From IMG/VR virus record IMGVR_UViG_3300024581_000808, positions 1 to 32,837 of that record: a DNA stretch of 32,837 nucleotides. One strand, given 5' to 3'. The notes below the pieces were generated by a model that saw only the letters and a program-made list of their open reading frames with translations, was not told the DNA's origin and searched no databases. A program made the position numbers and the translations under genes. Positions 1 through 8,649 of this stretch are shown one piece after another. The stretch comes from a virus. Position 1 is the stretch's first letter. The number at the start of each line of letters is the position of its first letter.

Positions 1-99
1 ACAGTAGAAACTACACATAACATTAACGAGTTCAATATAAAAGATGTCTTTAAGCTTAAATAGTAAGTACACACCTTTATTTAATAACGATAACAGATA
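1..99. repeat. Terminal direct repeat, copy A, identical to 32739..32837. Most likely an assembly overlap of a circular or circularly permuted genome; unique length 32738 bp.
   Basis: The first 99 nt (acagtagaaactacacataac...taacgataacagata) recur exactly as the last 99 nt. The 32738 offset is confirmed by the terL ATG at 44 and again at 32782. Bases 1..63 duplicate the 3' end of ORF 32526..32801. Confidence 0.9.
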
Positions 100-1255
100 C
101 TACATTGTAACTGGAGGTCGAGGATCAGGTAAGTCTTACACTATTAATATGTTCTTACTTGCTTTAACTTATGAAGCAGGACATACTATTCTATTCACAC
201 GTTACACATTAACATCTGCTCACGTTTCAATCATTCCTGAGTTCTTAGAAAAGATAGAACAGTTAGAAAATCACAATGACTTCCACATCACAAAAGATGA
301 GATTGTAAACCTGAAGACAGGTAGTAAGATAATCTTCAAAGGGATTAAAACAAGTTCAGGTACTCAAACAGCATCTTTAAAATCATTAGCAGGTGTTACT
401 TGTTGGGTATTAGATGAAGCTGAAGAGTTAGTTGATGAAGATATATTTGATAAGATAGACTTATCTATTAGAGCAAAGAACAAGCAGAACAGAGTTATAT
501 TAGTACTCAATCCTGCAACAAAGGAACACTTTATTTATCAGAAGTTCTTTGAAAGCAAAGGAGTAGAAGCAGGTAGTAACTTAACTAAAGGAGATACAAC
601 TTACATTCACACTACTTACTTAGATAACGTAGAAAACCTTTCACAATCATTCTTAGACCAAGTAGAAGATACAAAGAAACGTAGACCTGAGAAGTATAAA
701 CACGCTATTTTAGGGGGGTGGTTAAACAGAGCCGAAGGTATTATATATACTAATTGGAATGTAGGAGAGTTCCCTAACACAAATGATACAGTATTTGGAC
801 AGGATTTTGGATTTAGTCAAGACCCTACAACATTAATAGAAACTCATATAGATACATCTAAGAAGGTTATTTATGCAAGGTTACACGTTTATAAAGCAGG
901 TTTAACTACATCAGAGATAGCACAATTAAACTATAAGTTTGCTCAAGATAGATTGATAGTTGCTGATTCAGCAGAGCCACGTTTGATAGCAGAATTAAAA
1001 GCAAAGAAACTAAACATTGTACCAACGATTAAAGGTGCAGATAGTGTTAAATATGGTATTAGTTTGATTCAGGATTACGATATGATAATAGATGAGGGTT
1101 CTATTGATTTAATCAAAGAACTAAACAATTATTGTTGGTTAGAAAAGAAGAGTGAAACTCCTATTGATAAATTCAATCACGGACTGGATGCACTACGCTA
1201 TGCAGTAGCTTATCAGTTAGCTAATCCAAACAGAGGAAACTACGCGATATGGTAG
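44..1255 (+). CDS. terL: Terminase large subunit (PBSX/XtmB-like)
   Basis: 403 aa. Walker A GGRGSGKS (res 24-31), Walker B-like VLDEAEE, and C-terminal nuclease-type acidic motifs (VADSAEP, HGLDALRYA). Across the circular junction the start overlaps ORF 32526..32801 by 20 nt. Confidence 0.9.
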   Translation: MSLSLNSKYTPLFNNDNRYYIVTGGRGSGKSYTINMFLLALTYEAGHTILFTRYTLTSAHVSIIPEFLEKIEQLENHNDFHITKDEIVNLKTGSKIIFKGIKTSSGTQTASLKSLAGVTCWVLDEAEELVDEDIFDKIDLSIRAKNKQNRVILVLNPATKEHFIYQKFFESKGVEAGSNLTKGDTTYIHTTYLDNVENLSQSFLDQVEDTKKRRPEKYKHAILGGWLNRAEGIIYTNWNVGEFPNTNDTVFGQDFGFSQDPTTLIETHIDTSKKVIYARLHVYKAGLTTSEIAQLNYKFAQDRLIVADSAEPRLIAELKAKKLNIVPTIKGADSVKYGISLIQDYDMIIDEGSIDLIKELNNYCWLEKKSETPIDKFNHGLDALRYAVAYQLANPNRGNYAIW

Positions 1256-1458
1256 AGCATATACACATAAATAAAATGATAGCATTATGCGAAAGCTATC
1301 TAAAAGATGTTAAAGGTTATCAGGGTAAGATAATATTTAATCAGACAATTACACACGCAATACAAAGACAACAATTAAAGATACAGTTTCAGTTATTAGG
1401 CGAGTTATATTCAGTAGCAAAGAAATATTATGAAGATAAAGATAAAAGTACCAAGTGA
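1249..1458 (+). CDS. Hypothetical protein (69 aa)
   Basis: ORF overlaps the terL stop by 7 nt and the next ORF by 29 nt. No recognisable motif. Confidence 0.5.
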   Translation: MVEHIHINKMIALCESYLKDVKGYQGKIIFNQTITHAIQRQQLKIQFQLLGELYSVAKKYYEDKDKSTK

Positions 1459-2107
1459 TCTAAGTGAGATTACGTTATACGATTACCAACGTTATATGAA
1501 TGTGATAGATAATTCTAATGATGAGTTATTCATTGCACAAAAGACAGTAAGTATATTTTGTAATATATCACTACAGCAAACACTACAGATAAACATAAAC
1601 GACATTTACAGCATCGTAGAACACTTAAAAGATGTATTCAATAGTAAACCATCACTACAGCAAAGAATCACGTTTAAAGGTCACGATTTAGGTTTTATTC
1701 CAAAGTTAGATGATATTAGTTTAGGAGAGTTAATTGATTTGTCTAACAGCATTAACGATGTTCAAAAGTTACATATTGCAATGGGTGTTTTATACAGACC
1801 AGTTAAAGCTAAGTTTAAAGATATGTACGAGATAGAAGATTACAATGCTGATGAAGGAATAATGGAAGTGATGAAGAGTTTACCTTTAGATGTAGTTTTT
1901 GGAGCTATGCTTTTTTTTTATCATTTAGCGAACGATTTACTAAAAGCTATTCCGAAATATTTAAAGGAGAGAGTAACGGAAATGAGTACTCACTTGAAGC
2001 ACAGTTCGGAGGTAAATGGGGTTGGTATCACGCAATCTATCGACTTGCTAACGGAGATGTTACAAGATTTAACACTATTACCAAGTTACCTGCAACACAA
2101 TGCTTAA
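1430..2107 (+). CDS. Hypothetical late protein, zero-frame product (225 aa). Tail-assembly-chaperone-like only by its frameshift architecture.
   Basis: Open frame with ATG. Contains an internal T9 run (1911..1919). An 86-nt gap to the next gene is anomalous in this compact genome. Confidence 0.6.
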   Translation: MKIKIKVPSDLSEITLYDYQRYMNVIDNSNDELFIAQKTVSIFCNISLQQTLQININDIYSIVEHLKDVFNSKPSLQQRITFKGHDLGFIPKLDDISLGELIDLSNSINDVQKLHIAMGVLYRPVKAKFKDMYEIEDYNADEGIMEVMKSLPLDVVFGAMLFFYHLANDLLKAIPKYLKERVTEMSTHLKHSSEVNGVGITQSIDLLTEMLQDLTLLPSYLQHNA

Positions 2108-2175
2108 CTATGCTTATGTACGAGAATGACAAAGCAGAAGTTGAAAAGGAAAGAATGAGTAATACAAAAAGATAA
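1430..2175 (+). CDS. Candidate -1 frameshifted isoform (163 aa zero frame + 85 aa from the -1 frame = 248 aa)
   Basis: The -1 frame has no stop from 1855 to TAA at 2173..2175. It translates as LSFSERFTKSYSEIFKGESNGNEYSLEAQFGGKWGWYHAIYRLANGDVTRFNTITKLPATQCLTMLMYENDKAEVEKERMSNTKR and ends 18 nt before the next start. Confidence 0.45.
1912..1918 (+). promoter_or_regulatory. Candidate -1 ribosomal slippery heptamer T_TTT_TTT
   Basis: Zero-frame codons CTT TTT TTT TAT (L161 F162 F163 Y164) give an X_XXY_YYZ site. After a -1 slip the next codon is TTA at 1918..1920, in a frame that stays open to 2175. Confidence 0.45.
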
Positions 2176-2180
2176 TTTCA

Positions 2181-2196
2181 AGGTTAATAAAGTATG
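2181..2196 (+). promoter_or_regulatory. Conserved pre-start motif AGGTTAATAAAGTATG (SD-like AGGT at -13)
   Basis: One of four late genes sharing AGGTT, six A/T bases, GT, then ATG at identical spacing. Confidence 0.4.
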
Positions 2197-2649
2197 GTTA
2201 ACTATTACGACATAACAACTAAAATAAGAACGTACTTTGAGAATGAAGTACTGATTAAGAAGATTACAAAAGGTGGTTTAGATGATATTGCAAACGCTAA
2301 ACGTGAAGAGTATGCTTTAGCACATTTGATAGTAAACCAATGTAATCCACAAGATAGTTCATTAGTGTATAATGTATCTGTTATTGCTATGGATATAGTT
2401 GATATAAACAAAGCTGAGACTACAGATAACTTCAGAGGTAATGATAATGAAGATGATGTCTTAAACTCGATGTTGACTGTATTGGTTAGGTTTTACGAAA
2501 GACTAAGAAGAGGAGATCTATTTAGTGATTTGTACCAAGTAGGAGCAGGAGTTACTATCGAGCCATTTACAGATAGGTTTGAAGATAAGGTTGCAGGTTG
2601 GACAATTACAATGGATATAATCGTTCCTAATGGTGTTAGTATATGTTAG
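2194..2649 (+). CDS. Hypothetical virion protein (151 aa), possibly neck or tail-completion
   Basis: Position in the late module next to a gp10-like ORF. No firm motif. Confidence 0.5.
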   Translation: MVNYYDITTKIRTYFENEVLIKKITKGGLDDIANAKREEYALAHLIVNQCNPQDSSLVYNVSVIAMDIVDINKAETTDNFRGNDNEDDVLNSMLTVLVRFYERLRRGDLFSDLYQVGAGVTIEPFTDRFEDKVAGWTITMDIIVPNGVSIC

Positions 2650-3161
2650 ACAAAGAAGAGGTACAAGAAGTAATAGATAAGTTCAGGAAGTATGTCGTAC
2701 AACAAAGTAGGTCAAACCTCACTAAACAAAAGAAGAACGCAAGTAAGAGCCTTTATAATAGCATTAAGGGTGTTTCTAAGGTTAATCCTAATTCTATTAG
2801 CTTGTACTTTGAAATGGAAGAGCATGGTATCTATCAAGATAAAGGTGTTAAAGGTAAAACAAGTTCTACTAAAGCACCTAACAGTCCTTTTAAATTTGGT
2901 TCAGGAACAGGTAAGAAAGGAGGATTAACTCAAGGAATACAAAAGTGGGTAAAACAAAAAAGGTTTCAATTTAGAGATGAGCAAGGTAGGTTTATGAGTT
3001 ACAATTCAACAGCATTTTTAATTACAAGAAGTATTTATAATAAAGGATTAAAGCCAAGTTTATTCTTTACTAAACCATTTGAGAAAGCATTTGATAGGTT
3101 ACCTGATGAATTAGTAGAAGCATACGGATTAGATATAGAAAAATTATACGTTAAGAAATGA
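2643..3161 (+). CDS. Putative HK97 gp10-like head-tail/tail-completion protein (172 aa)
   Basis: Pattern SLYNSIKG ... HGIYQDKGVKG ... KPSLFFTKPFEKAF resembles the gp10 family as I remember it. ATGA overlap with the next gene. Confidence 0.4.
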   Translation: MLDKEEVQEVIDKFRKYVVQQSRSNLTKQKKNASKSLYNSIKGVSKVNPNSISLYFEMEEHGIYQDKGVKGKTSSTKAPNSPFKFGSGTGKKGGLTQGIQKWVKQKRFQFRDEQGRFMSYNSTAFLITRSIYNKGLKPSLFFTKPFEKAFDRLPDELVEAYGLDIEKLYVKK

Positions 3162-4246
3162 TAAACATATTTACAAGAAGCCCATTTATAGTAGAGATAG
3201 ACGAAGCAGGTCAACTATCAACAACTGTTAAATTATACATCTGGAACAATGGTGCATCACAACCAACAGATCCAACTTATACATTAACTAAGTTGATTCC
3301 CAGTTCAAATGTTACTGCTACTTATTACGATGTATCAAATTACATTAGAGAGTTCATCTCATTCAATAAAGTTAATGATGGTACTTATCCATCTTTTCCT
3401 ACTAATATAGGTAACTCAGAAAGAACACAATTCACAAACGTAATAATAGAACGTTATAAAAATATAGGTGCAGGAGATGTGTTAGTAGATACAACTACTT
3501 ATTTAGCATTTGATGGTTATACACCATACGAAAATGGAAGTAATTATGATTATGGAGATATACACTTAGCAGAGGGGACTTACTATTATTACGATGATGG
3601 GCAAGGTGCATTAGGTAACTTAGAATATGATAGAGCAGTTTCAAGTGTTAGAGTGTTAGAAGATTCTTTAGTGTTAACAGCTTATTATACTAACTTAGAT
3701 ACAGCAGCAACTTATTCAGAAGCATTATTAGCAGAGCCATCTAATGTTCCATTAATCTATAAAAACTACTATGGAGATTCAGTAAGGTTAGAGATAAAAG
3801 ATGCGAGTTTAAACGTATTAGCAACTTATGTTAGTGTACCTGTTACTGATTGTAAATACACAGTGAATAGAATAGACTTTGTAAATAAATATGGAGCATA
3901 TCAAAGAGAATGGTTTTTTGGTGCATCTTATGACTATGTAGATTCTACTTCTAAGGAGTTTATGAATAAGCAATCAAGCCTATCTAACTACTCTACTAAT
4001 GAGGGACAGATGAAAGAGTTCAACATTAATGGTGTTAAACGTATCAAAGTAAATACAGGGTGGGTAGAAGAAAGCTACAAAGAAACTATTGAAGAGATGT
4101 TGATGAGCGAGAAGATACTTGTTAATGGTTACCCTGCAAAGTTAACAACAAAGAACGTAGAGAAGTACAAGAACATAAACACTAAGCAAATAAATTACGA
4201 ATTAGACTTTACATACAATTATCAGTTAATTAATTCAGTAAGTTAA
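3158..4246 (+). CDS. Virion structural protein (362 aa), tail or baseplate candidate
   Basis: Y/N/T/G-rich, beta-type composition. Coupled to its neighbours by ATGA and TAATG overlaps. Confidence 0.5.
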   Translation: MINIFTRSPFIVEIDEAGQLSTTVKLYIWNNGASQPTDPTYTLTKLIPSSNVTATYYDVSNYIREFISFNKVNDGTYPSFPTNIGNSERTQFTNVIIERYKNIGAGDVLVDTTTYLAFDGYTPYENGSNYDYGDIHLAEGTYYYYDDGQGALGNLEYDRAVSSVRVLEDSLVLTAYYTNLDTAATYSEALLAEPSNVPLIYKNYYGDSVRLEIKDASLNVLATYVSVPVTDCKYTVNRIDFVNKYGAYQREWFFGASYDYVDSTSKEFMNKQSSLSNYSTNEGQMKEFNINGVKRIKVNTGWVEESYKETIEEMLMSEKILVNGYPAKLTTKNVEKYKNINTKQINYELDFTYNYQLINSVS

Positions 4247-6594
4247 TGAGGAAAGTTAGTATATATATAGAAGAAACAAGGGAGAGTAATAACTATTCAG
4301 AACTGGAGTTGTTTAAAGATGAAGAAATCAACATTAATTTATCAGTACAGAACGTTAAAGATATCTCAAAAGTATTCACAGACTTCACGCAATCTTTTAC
4401 AGTTCCTGCATCTTCTGTTAACAATAGTTTGTTAAGACATTACTATGAGAATGCAGTTGATTTAGATTTAGCTGAATGGGATAATAGATTAAGAATAAAT
4501 GCCTATATTGAGATTAACAGAATACCATTTAGGAATGGTAAAGTAGAGATTGAGAAAGCTAACATTGTTAATGGCAGAGTTGAAAGTTACACCATCACTT
4601 TTTATGGTAACTTAGTTAACTTAAAAGAATTGATTGGAGATGCTTTATTAAGTGAGTTAGACCTAAGTAATATAAGCAATCCCTATAGTTACTCAGATGT
4701 AAAAGAAAGGGTGTTTAATTACACTACAGATTACGATGTACGTTACCCACTTATAACATCAGATAGAATTTGGACTTATGGAGATAGTACAAGTACAGAT
4801 GTTAGTATAAATGGTGGTGCTATAAACTACACAGAGTTGTTCCCTGCTGTTAAGGTTGCTAAAATATTAGAATCAATAGAGAATACTTATGGTATTACAT
4901 TTAGTGGTTTATTCTTAACTGATAAAAGATTTACAGATTTATTCCTATGGTGTAAAAATTCAGAGTCAAAAAGTAATACATTACAAAATCAAAAGATAGA
5001 CTTCTTTAGTAAGAGTGGAGATACAGATGTATTTAATTTAGACTTAAATACTGATATTATTTCTATTAGAGGTGCGAGTTTAACAAATCTTAATAGGTTA
5101 GTATTAAATTTAGCTGTAACATCAATTTCAAGTACAACAACACCTTTTACAGTAGAAGTTTACGATAAAGGTGTATTATTAAAAACTATTACAAGAACTG
5201 GAGCAGTTGCTTTTAACGTTATTGAAGAATGGATTACAGCAACAACAGAAAAAGATATATCTTTAAGGGTACGTTCAGACGCTACTATTGATATTCAATT
5301 CTCTTTAGATTATAAACTTTTTGAGTGGTTTGATGGAACTACACAAATAGCAGAGCAAGAGAGTGCAGATGCTAAACAATTATCTGTGACTAATACAGTT
5401 GATTTATCTTTATTGATGCCTGAAATAAAAGTTACTGATTTCTTAAGTGGTGTATTAAATCAATTTAACTTAACATTAACTCCAACATCTTATAATAGTT
5501 TTCAGTTAGAGCCTTTAGAATGGTGGTATCAAAAAGGTGCAGTAGTAGATATTACTAACTATGTAGATGAATCGAGTGTAGATATTAAAAAAGTTCCATT
5601 ATATAAAAGATTATCATTTGAACACGAGCAAAGTCAATCAGTTTTAAATAGACAATTTTTAGCAGACAACAGGGTTGAATATGGAGACTTCTCTGAATCA
5701 TTTAGTTATAATGGTGATGAATTTAGTATTAAATTACCATTTGAAAATCTAAAATTTGAAAAGTTTAGTGGTACAGATTTAACAGTTGCTTACTCACTAA
5801 AAGAGAAAGACTTTACTACATACACGCCAAAACCTACATTACTTTATATGTACGAAAATAAAGCTGTTAATGGTAGTGGTTTAAAGATGACTGATGGAAT
5901 AGGTACTTTTGACACATCAACTACTTATATGCCTTTTGGACAAGATGTATATTACAACAATAATGAATACTCTCTAAACTTTAGTGTAGAAACATCAACA
6001 TTATTAGAGAAACCAATAGGTCGAACAACTTACGATGTTTATTATAGACCTTATATAGAGAATTTATTTAGCTATAAGAATAGGTTAGTAAGTGTTAAAG
6101 CTATATTTCCCTTATCATTAATTACAGGTTTAAAGTTAAATGATAGATTAATAATTAGAGATAAACGTTACACTATAAACGATATAGCTACAAACCTAAC
6201 AACAGGGGAGGTTCAACTCGAATTACTGAACGATTTCAGAAAGGTTGCTAATGACAGTCCTGAAGTGTTTGATGGAACAGTTACAAGTGTAGAGTTGCCA
6301 GTTTTACCTTTGAATCAAGCTGCTACTGTAAACTTATCGACTACTACAGCAGGTGTTACTTTTAGTCAAACTTCATTTGAAACTGAATCTTATGTTACGA
6401 TTACTATACCAACTAATCCAACAACAAGAACAGATTTAATTTCTGAAGATGCTTTATACGATATTATTTCTGAAGATGGTTTTGAGATTATAAACGAGGG
6501 AGCAGATTTTAATGTTATTCCTATAGAGTATGACCATACGTTACAAAATGGAGATAGTGAGGTTTATTATACATACATAGTACAAGAAATATGA
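4246..6594 (+). CDS. Large virion structural protein (782 aa), tail tip or baseplate candidate
   Basis: Largest ORF in the window. Sits in the late module just upstream of the tape-measure-like gene. Confidence 0.5.
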   Translation: MRKVSIYIEETRESNNYSELELFKDEEININLSVQNVKDISKVFTDFTQSFTVPASSVNNSLLRHYYENAVDLDLAEWDNRLRINAYIEINRIPFRNGKVEIEKANIVNGRVESYTITFYGNLVNLKELIGDALLSELDLSNISNPYSYSDVKERVFNYTTDYDVRYPLITSDRIWTYGDSTSTDVSINGGAINYTELFPAVKVAKILESIENTYGITFSGLFLTDKRFTDLFLWCKNSESKSNTLQNQKIDFFSKSGDTDVFNLDLNTDIISIRGASLTNLNRLVLNLAVTSISSTTTPFTVEVYDKGVLLKTITRTGAVAFNVIEEWITATTEKDISLRVRSDATIDIQFSLDYKLFEWFDGTTQIAEQESADAKQLSVTNTVDLSLLMPEIKVTDFLSGVLNQFNLTLTPTSYNSFQLEPLEWWYQKGAVVDITNYVDESSVDIKKVPLYKRLSFEHEQSQSVLNRQFLADNRVEYGDFSESFSYNGDEFSIKLPFENLKFEKFSGTDLTVAYSLKEKDFTTYTPKPTLLYMYENKAVNGSGLKMTDGIGTFDTSTTYMPFGQDVYYNNNEYSLNFSVETSTLLEKPIGRTTYDVYYRPYIENLFSYKNRLVSVKAIFPLSLITGLKLNDRLIIRDKRYTINDIATNLTTGEVQLELLNDFRKVANDSPEVFDGTVTSVELPVLPLNQAATVNLSTTTAGVTFSQTSFETESYVTITIPTNPTTRTDLISEDALYDIISEDGFEIINEGADFNVIPIEYDHTLQNGDSEVYYTYIVQEI

Positions 6595-6731
6595 TACAAT
6601 TAATTATACAATTATTAGCATTAGATGAGTTTTATGGTGTATCTAAGAATATAGATATAGCAAAAGGTGTTAATGCTTTACCTAAAACAAAAGATATTAT
6701 AAAAACTATTAAAAGAAGAACAGCCAAATGA
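6591..6731 (+). CDS. Small hypothetical protein (46 aa), below the ORF-track cutoff
   Basis: MIQLIIQLLALDEFYGVSKNIDIAKGVNALPKTKDIIKTIKRRTAK. It exactly fills the 6594..6728 gap, with ATGA overlaps at both ends (6591..6594 and 6728..6731). Confidence 0.6.
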   Translation: MIQLIIQLLALDEFYGVSKNIDIAKGVNALPKTKDIIKTIKRRTAK

Positions 6732-8626
6732 ATGAAAGAGTAGTATTTATTAATGTAAAGGATAATGCTGATGAAGCTAAAGGTAATTTTGATGAGTTAA
6801 ATGATGAAATTAAAGATACTGAAAAGACCACAGAGGGTGTAGCAGATAATACAGCTAAAATAGAAAAGTCAAGTAAAGGTGCTACAAAAGGTTTAAAAGG
6901 TGTAGGTAGTGCTGTTAAAGGATTAGGTTTAGCATTTAAAGCGTTAGGTATAGGTTTAATAATCTCAGCATTTGCAGTATTAAAAGATATATTTACACAA
7001 AATCAAAAGGTAGCAGATACTTTAAACACAGTATTTGAGACAATGTCTATCATATTTAATGAGGTTACAAGGGTAGTAGTTTCTGTATATGAAAGTGTAA
7101 GAGAAGCAACTGGGGGATTTGATGCTTTAGGTAAAGTAATGGGTGGTTTATTAGACTTAGTAATAGCACCATTTAAAGCTACTTTTTTTGGTATTAAGTT
7201 AGCTATTCAGGCAGTTCAGTTAGCTTGGGAGCAATCAGTATTTGGAGATGGAGACCCTAAAACAATAAAGAATTTAAGAAAAGAAATAGAACTAACAAGA
7301 CAGGATTTAGTTGGTGTAGGTCAAGATGTAATTAAGGCAGGAGGTCAAATAGTAGATAATTTTGTAGAAGCAGTTGGAGAGGTTGGTAGTATAGTTACAG
7401 AAACAGCTAAAGGCATTACTGATATATCTGTTAAAGCAGCATTTGAACAAGCTAAATTGAATGTAGAAATACAAAACCAAGCGAAGATAGCAGCAGCACA
7501 GCAATCATTACTAATAGAGAAGTACGATAGACAAGCTGAAAAGTTAAGACAAATAAGAGACGAAGAACGTAACACTATTGATGAAAGGATCAAAGCTAAT
7601 GATGATTTAAGAGAGGTATTAGATAGTCAAGAGAAAGCTATGTTAAGAGCAGCAGATATGCAAGTAAAAGCTGCAAGGTTTGAGTTCGAAAAAAACAAAT
7701 CAATAGAGAATAGAATCGCATTAATAGAAGCACAATCTAATAGAGAGGGTGTGTTAGCACAAATCGAGGGTTTTAGGTCTGAACAGTTAGCAAATGATTT
7801 AGCTTTAGATAAGGAAAAGATTGAACTTGTAAATGCAAAAATAGATGCTGAACAAGAACTATCTATGAATGAAAAGAGATTTGTAGCTGAAAGGATTGAA
7901 GATGAGCAAATGAGATTAGATGAACTAATCAGAATAACTCAAGAAGAAAAGCTATTAGAAGAGGAAAGGTTACAGAATAAAATAAACCAATATAAGCAAG
8001 GTACTCAGGCAAGATTAGATGCTGAGATAGAATATTTAACAACTAAGCAAGAATTAGACCAACAGCTAATAGAATTAGAAACTCAAAAAGCAAAGAAACA
8101 AGAGCAGATTGAGATGGATTTAGCTGAAGCGAAGAAGAAATTAACTTATGATTCTTTGAGTGCTGTTAATGATTTACTTGGTGCATTTGCAGGGGAAAAC
8201 GAGAAACAACAAAAGAGAGCATTTGAGATACAGAAAGCAGTAAGTATAGCACAAACTATTATAGATACTTATAAGGGCGCACAGGCTATTTTTGCAAGTG
8301 CTGCTGCTAATCCAAGCACAGTATTATTTCCTGCACAGCCATTTATCACAGCAGGTTTAGCAATCACAGCAGGTTTAGCAAACGTCAAAAGAATTGCATC
8401 AACTGAATTTAATTCGAGTGGTGGTGGTGTAGGTAGCCCATCAGTTCCAAATGTAGCAGGTAACACTTCTACACAACAACTAAGCACACCTAATTTTAAC
8501 GTGGTAGGTGCTACAGGAATATCACAAACTGAAGAACTACAACCAGTCAAAGCTTATGTAGTAAGTGGAGATGTAACAACAGCACAAGCATTAGATCGTA
8601 ATAGAATACAAAACGCAACATTTTAA
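6728..8626 (+). CDS. Tape-measure-like protein (632 aa). Alternative: internal or ejection protein.
   Basis: N-terminal hydrophobic segment GLGLAFKALGIGLIISAFAVL, a long E/K/Q/L-rich coiled-coil core, and a C-terminal Gly/Ala hydrophobic region. Confidence 0.5.
   Translation: MNERVVFINVKDNADEAKGNFDELNDEIKDTEKTTEGVADNTAKIEKSSKGATKGLKGVGSAVKGLGLAFKALGIGLIISAFAVLKDIFTQNQKVADTLNTVFETMSIIFNEVTRVVVSVYESVREATGGFDALGKVMGGLLDLVIAPFKATFFGIKLAIQAVQLAWEQSVFGDGDPKTIKNLRKEIELTRQDLVGVGQDVIKAGGQIVDNFVEAVGEVGSIVTETAKGITDISVKAAFEQAKLNVEIQNQAKIAAAQQSLLIEKYDRQAEKLRQIRDEERNTIDERIKANDDLREVLDSQEKAMLRAADMQVKAARFEFEKNKSIENRIALIEAQSNREGVLAQIEGFRSEQLANDLALDKEKIELVNAKIDAEQELSMNEKRFVAERIEDEQMRLDELIRITQEEKLLEEERLQNKINQYKQGTQARLDAEIEYLTTKQELDQQLIELETQKAKKQEQIEMDLAEAKKKLTYDSLSAVNDLLGAFAGENEKQQKRAFEIQKAVSIAQTIIDTYKGAQAIFASAAANPSTVLFPAQPFITAGLAITAGLANVKRIASTEFNSSGGGVGSPSVPNVAGNTSTQQLSTPNFNVVGATGISQTEELQPVKAYVVSGDVTTAQALDRNRIQNATF
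8345..8380 (+). repeat. Perfect 18-bp tandem duplication (atcacagcaggtttagca x2) inside the tape-measure-like gene
   Basis: 8345..8362 equals 8363..8380. In frame it encodes ITAGLA-ITAGLA. Confidence 0.9.
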
Positions 8627-8633
8627 TAAAATA

Positions 8634-8649
8634 AGGTTATAATAGTATG
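8634..8649 (+). promoter_or_regulatory. Conserved pre-start motif AGGTTATAATAGTATG
   Basis: Same spacing as the copies at 2181, 12277 and 14556. Confidence 0.4.

Noticed and set aside
2692-2928. 78-aa plus-strand ORF in an alternative frame inside 2643..3161
   Set aside because: Fully nested in the gp10-like gene. Low-complexity L/R/V-rich translation with no slippery site or coupling signal.
6436-6485. Short repeated atttctgaagatg (ISED…ISED) near the end of the 782-aa gene
   Set aside because: Only 13 nt repeated once. It most likely reflects a small peptide repeat, with no further pattern.
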